Source: an uncultured Alphaproteobacteria bacterium (GTDB taxonomy: Bacteria > Pseudomonadota > Alphaproteobacteria > Rhizobiales > Hyphomicrobiaceae). From it: a stretch of 64,000 nucleotides of DNA. Location: positions 967,411-1,031,410 of the forward strand of contig CAWKBL010000012.1 in the NCBI GenBank assembly GCA_963847865.1, in the 5' to 3' direction. Below are positions 60,063-64,000 of this stretch, piece by piece. The notes under the pieces were generated by a model that made no database searches, was not told the origin of the DNA, and was given only the letters and a program-made list of their open reading frames with translations. The translations under genes and the position numbers were made by a program. Each line of letters opens with the position of its first letter. The stretch's first letter is position 1.

Positions 60063-61756
60063 TCAGCTGAACAGTACGACAGCCTTCACGAGCGTATTCC
60101 ACACGCCCCAGAAGAACGGGATGCCGACTGCCAGCCAGGCGATCATCGTGGCCAGGCTGAACCCGCCGAAGCCGATGCCGTGCGCGCCCGTCGTCACCTT
60201 GGCTGTGCCGAGCAGGTCTTCCGCGTCCACCTTCATGAGCCGCTTGGAGTGCACCGGCCGGATCAGCGCATTGCAGATGAGGCCGACGAGCAGGAAGCTG
60301 ACGAGGATGTACATGGTGCGGTCGTACACCAAGGCGCGCGGAATGCCGGCTGCGAGCTGCGTGTCGCGGATGTAGCCGATGACCATCGGACCGACGACGC
60401 CCGCCGTCGACCACGCGGTGAGCAAACGGCCGTGGATGGCGCCGACGTACTTCGTGCCGAAGATGTCGGCGAGGTAAGCGGGAACCGTGGCGAAGCCGCC
60501 GCCATACATGGACAGGATCACGCAGAAGGCGGCGACAAAGAGGGCGCGCGAGCCCATGTGCGCGAACGTCGGCGCCAGCCCATAGAGCACCATGCCGAGC
60601 GCAAAGAAGATGAAATAGGTCTGCTTGCGCCCGATGTAGTCAGACAGCGAGGCCCAGAAGAAGCGCCCGCCGGCGTTGAACAGCGACAGTAGAGAGACGA
60701 AGCCGCCGGCGATCGCCGCGATGGTGATTTTCTGCGCTTCGCTCAGGTTGCTGAAGGTGATTTCGGGTTGCCCGATCAGGGAGCCTGCGAAAATCTCCTG
60801 CAGCATGGGCGAGGCCATGGCGAGCACGCCGATTCCAGCCGATACGTTGAGGCACAGCACGGCCCAGATCAGCCAGAACTGCGGCGTCTTGTGCGCGTCC
60901 TCGAGGTGCACGTTCCCCATCGTGATCATGGCGTGGGAGTTCGTCGGCGGAGTCCAGCCGTCGGGCTGCCAGCCTTCGGGCGGCACGCGGTAGCCGAAGG
61001 CGCCGCTCATCATGAAGGCGATGTAGATGGCACCCATGACCATGAACGTCTGCCACACGCCGACCGAGGTCGCGGTGCGGAACCCATCGAAGTGCAGCTT
61101 CCATGCGCCGATCGAGGGCAGGTCGACGTTGATGAAGTCGCCGCCGTTCATGACGATGACAGCCAGCGCACTGCCGATCATGGCGCCGCCACCGAAGCCC
61201 ATGATGGCCATGCCGGTCGCCATGCCGCGCCGGTCGGGGAACCACTTGATGAGGGTGGAGACAGGCGAAATGTAGCCCAGCCCCAGTCCGATGCCGCCGA
61301 TGACGCCGAGCCCAAGCCAGATCACCCAAAGCTGGTGGATCAGCACGCCGAAGCCGGAGATGATGAAGCCGCCGCCCCAGCACAGCGCAGCGACTACGCC
61401 CGCCTTGCGTGGCCCGGCGCGCTCCAGCCAGCCGCCGAACACGGCAGCCGACAGCCCAAGAAAGACGATGCCGAGCGTGAAGACGACGAGCAGGTCGGTG
61501 ACGCGCCAATCGCAGGTCGTCGTGAACAGCGACTGGACCATCGTCATGTCGGGGCAGGCGACCGGCTTGGTCACGCCGATGGCCTGCGCCATGGGAAGCC
61601 AAAAGACGCTGAGACCGTAGGACATGCCGATGCACAGGTGAATGGCGAGCGCGGCCGGCGGCACGAGCCAGCGGTTGAACCCCGGTTTGGCGACAATGCG
61701 CTCGCGCGAAAGCAGCCCCGGGGATGATCCTGCGTCACTCACACTGCTGGCTGCCA
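60063..61756 (-). CDS. MFS transporter, oxalate/formate antiporter (OFA) family
   Basis: 12 TM; OFA-like motifs; true start MAASSVSD... (the upstream part of the 734-aa track ORF is spurious and overlaps tRNA-Arg). Confidence 0.75.
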
Positions 61757-62021
61757 TTGTCCGCGTCTCCCCTGTCCCCATTGCGCAAAGCACGGCGCCA
61801 GTGTTCGCGAGCGCGCGCTTCTCTTTGTTCTTGAACCTTTTCTGCCACGGCAAGGCTGTCACGATCAATGCATCTGCGGTGGCAAATCGGCGCTTGCTTG
61901 ATGAGCGTGGACTGAAAACCCGGCCCCAGGGCCCATGGGGCCTCCAGGCTTGCCTTACGGGGATCGAGGGCGTATCGGAGGGACAATGCGTGGCCTCGCG
62001 GCAACGCGGGAGCGGCTCAGT

Positions 62022-62099
62022 GATCCCGTAGCTCAGCCGGATAGAGCATCTGCCTTCTAAGCAGAGGGTCGCAGGTTCGAGTTCCTGCCGGGATCGCCA
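62022..62099 (+). tRNA. tRNA-Arg (anticodon UCU)
   Basis: Acceptor GATCCCG/CGGGATC, anticodon arm TCTGC-CTTCTAA-GCAGA, T-loop TTCGAGT, CCA. Confidence 0.9.
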
Positions 62100-62248
62100 G
62101 TGTTTATCGGCTATGCCTCGGTTACCGGAAACGCTTCGCGTATCGGGAGGCGTCGTAGACGATCGCGCGACGCTGCCGGAGCGCGGCCTGGCGCTGCCCG
62201 GCCGCGCCTCAGCGCATATCGATGAAGAAGCTGGTAGCTTGTGTGGGC

Positions 62249-62434
62249 TTATGCAGCGGCAAACCATTTGCCGGCAATGCGGCCGAAGGCGACCGCATCA
62301 GGATCTCTCTTTACGGCTTCGACCAGCATGTCGATCGCCTCGAAATCCACCGGACGGTCGTCCAACTTGGCCGCGATCAGCCCGTTCAGAACGAATAGTC
62401 TCTTGCCCTCTAGCTCTATGACTGTCGTACGCAC
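62249..62434 (-). CDS. small hypothetical protein (61 aa, GTG start)
   Basis: AGGAG RBS 9 nt upstream of GTG; no family recognised. Confidence 0.35.
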   Translation of the reverse strand: MRTTVIELEGKRLFVLNGLIAAKLDDRPVDFEAIDMLVEAVKRDPDAVAFGRIAGKWFAAA

Positions 62435-62563
62435 GGTCCACTCCTACGCAATACGCAACGCCGCCCGCGGACGGGACGCCACAGCTGCAGCCAAAATGGT
62501 TAACGAAGCGTTCACCATTTCTGCCGTGCCAGGCGGCGTACGGTTTGCGCCGAGAGCCGCCGG

Positions 62564-62935
62564 CTAATGCAGCGAGGACCGCTTGAACAGAGCGACGCGT
62601 TCGCTCTGCTCCTGCAGGTCGCGCCCGAGCTCCTCGGCAACCTCGACGCCGAGCGCATAGGGCGCCTCGCCGTCAAACTGAACAAGCACCAAGCGTTCGC
62701 CGACGGCGCAGCCGATCGCGTACTGCTTCGGGAGCCGGGTAAAGTCGGCGCCGTCCATGCGCCGTTGATTGGCTGCCAACGAGTCGAGGACGGGAACGAG
62801 GTCGGCCGCAACGCTGCTCGGGATGCTGAGCAGGTGCTTCTCGCCCTCTGCATCGATGAATGTCATCTCAAAGCGGGAGCGGTCCTCGGTGAGATTGGTT
62901 TCCGCCAGGGTGAGTGCCACAAACGTGCTCATCAT
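62564..62935 (-). CDS. hypothetical protein (123 aa)
   Basis: Intact ORF with G-rich RBS; no family recognised. Confidence 0.45.
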   Translation of the reverse strand: MMSTFVALTLAETNLTEDRSRFEMTFIDAEGEKHLLSIPSSVAADLVPVLDSLAANQRRMDGADFTRLPKQYAIGCAVGERLVLVQFDGEAPYALGVEVAEELGRDLQEQSERVALFKRSSLH

Positions 62936-63129
62936 CTAACCCCCCAATGGTTCGATGCGGAGCATTCTGGACATCGAGTCGCCCCGCCTTCAAGGTGTTG
63001 GCGCCAAAAGAGCAAATAACGCGCGGCGGGTGTGCTCTTAAGGAGATAACGCTGCCAATGCGGTGGCTCGCCCGCCGAGGCCCGCCAGGCCGTGCGGCAG
63101 GGCAAACCAAGCGCGCGAAAACGCCGGGC

Positions 63130-63798
63130 TCACTGATAGGCGAAGGCCCGCGACTGCCAAGGCGTATCAAACATTTTCGAAGCCCAACGCGGGATCTTAT
63201 TGGCCTTCGCGGCGGTCTTGCGCGCGTGCTTGCGTGAGGCGTGACGCGATCCCGATGATCGCTTTCGCAAGCTTGCGCGCCGACTGGCGTCGACCTCGCC
63301 CGCATCGATCACGAGGAGCCGCGCCTCGGTGGCGATAATCTCGAAAGGGGGGTCAGCTTGTGGCACTTGCGTGGCCTCGGGCAGCGCCGCCAAGCGCTGG
63401 GCCTCGGGCGGCGTTGAGCGCAAGACGTCCGCAAGCGGCACGAGAGAAACCGCTTCGATTGCGCCGGCAGGACTGTTGGGAAACCGCTCCGGCGGTCCGC
63501 GATCCGCGTGACGGATCTCAAGCTCCGCGATGCTTTCGGCGGCAACCAGCGTCAGCGGCTGCGGGGCTGGCAGATTGCGCGCGCGGGCTCTGGATGCGAC
63601 CGGCGCCGGCGTCTCGGGCGAAACCGACTCAAAGCTCGTCTGGAACGCCACGCTGTCGGCATACGCGAAGCGTGCAAGACCGGACCCATGCCGATCCTCC
63701 GACGCAAACACAGGCCCGGCCAACAGGACGAACAAAAGGCCGATGACGCGCACGCCCACACCCCCGCAAAAGGCTCCCCGCTCGTAGAGCCAGAACAT
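63130..63798 (-). CDS. hypothetical secreted/membrane-anchored protein with Pro-rich middle and basic C-terminal tail
   Basis: N-terminal hydrophobic segment VIGLLFVLLAGPVFA; C-terminus RKRSSGSRHASRKHARKTAAKANK. Confidence 0.45.
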   Translation of the reverse strand: MFWLYERGAFCGGVGVRVIGLLFVLLAGPVFASEDRHGSGLARFAYADSVAFQTSFESVSPETPAPVASRARARNLPAPQPLTLVAAESIAELEIRHADRGPPERFPNSPAGAIEAVSLVPLADVLRSTPPEAQRLAALPEATQVPQADPPFEIIATEARLLVIDAGEVDASRRASLRKRSSGSRHASRKHARKTAAKANKIPRWASKMFDTPWQSRAFAYQ

Positions 63799-64000
63799 AC
63801 CCTTAGTGTAGGATGTTCAAACACTCTTTTGCGAAGCCCACCTAGCGACTTGAATTGGACGCAAAAAAGATAGGAACCTTCGACGGTACGTGAAGAGTGC
63901 ACCCTAACGTGCGGAGTTCCGCAGATATTTCAACGGAGTGTGAAATAAATCAGATACGTTCGCACCGAGCCTGTTCGGTTGCTTTTTTGACACCATCGCC

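Noticed and set aside
60063-62267. 734-aa track ORF extending the OFA transporter upstream across tRNA-Arg
   Set aside because: Only the C-terminal 564 aa, from MAASSVSD, look like an MFS protein. The upstream part is low-complexity and runs through the tRNA gene.
1-64000. Searched for CRISPR arrays, transposases or IS elements, integrases, and rRNA genes
   Set aside because: No regularly spaced direct repeats with unique spacers, no DDE or tyrosine-recombinase-like ORFs and no rRNA-like sequence were found. The only tandem repeats are short coding or leader repeats, reported above.

Overview
This is a high-GC window with alphaproteobacterial methylotroph content (it resembles the Methylobacterium/Methylorubrum archaeal-like C1 region). 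Everything was read by eye from the sequence and the ORF track. No similarity searches were run, so every family assignment is recognition of motifs and architecture, not a database hit.

Main blocks, in order:
1. Partial DUF1194 gene, a pentapeptide-repeat protein, and fhcCDAB. fhcC is intact. fhcD, fhcA and fhcB are broken by many frameshifts, as are an MxaD-like SRPBCC gene and a YVTN beta-propeller gene just downstream. This frameshift cluster is one of the findings below.
2. An intact lanthanide-type methanol dehydrogenase cluster, xoxF-xoxG-xoxJ. It sits inside a full set of 'PQQ-dependent catabolism-associated / quinoprotein relay' genes. These are a SoxYZ-like carrier, an MBL-fold zinc hydrolase, a CXXCW rhodanese-like protein, a YVTN beta-propeller, and an ABC transporter (binding protein, ATPase, permease) followed by an unassigned Pro-rich periplasmic protein. 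Two more unassigned secreted proteins lie just upstream. This is the best candidate for an undescribed system in the window.
3. A methanofuran/H4MPT biosynthesis and C1-transfer cluster: mfnB-like, DHNA-like, an amino-acid-kinase-family gene, a DHPS-like gene, DUF447, hydantoinase-like, HisA/F-like, fae, CitG-like, two ATP-grasp genes, mch, mtdB, mptG, a PCD gene and folK. A sulfonate-type ABC transporter is embedded in it.
4. pqqA-pqqB-pqqC-pqqD-pqqE with a cytochrome c. pqqA (29 aa) is missing from the ORF track because it is below its length cutoff. A strong hairpin separates pqqA from pqqB.
5. Sulfate assimilation: cysG, cysJ-like, cysI, a TauE/SafE exporter, cysN, cysD and cysH. The cysH leader carries a 21-bp in-frame tandem repeat.
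6. gloA, a double cold-shock-domain gene, DUF192, four tRNAs, an OFA-family transporter and small orphan ORFs. Two of the tRNAs (Pro-UGG and Arg-UCU) are canonical. The other two, adjacent to each other, read with shortened anticodon loops.

No transposases, integrases, CRISPR arrays or rRNA genes were seen. Many long ORFs in the track are antisense artefacts of the high GC content. Coordinates of the frameshifted genes are approximate.
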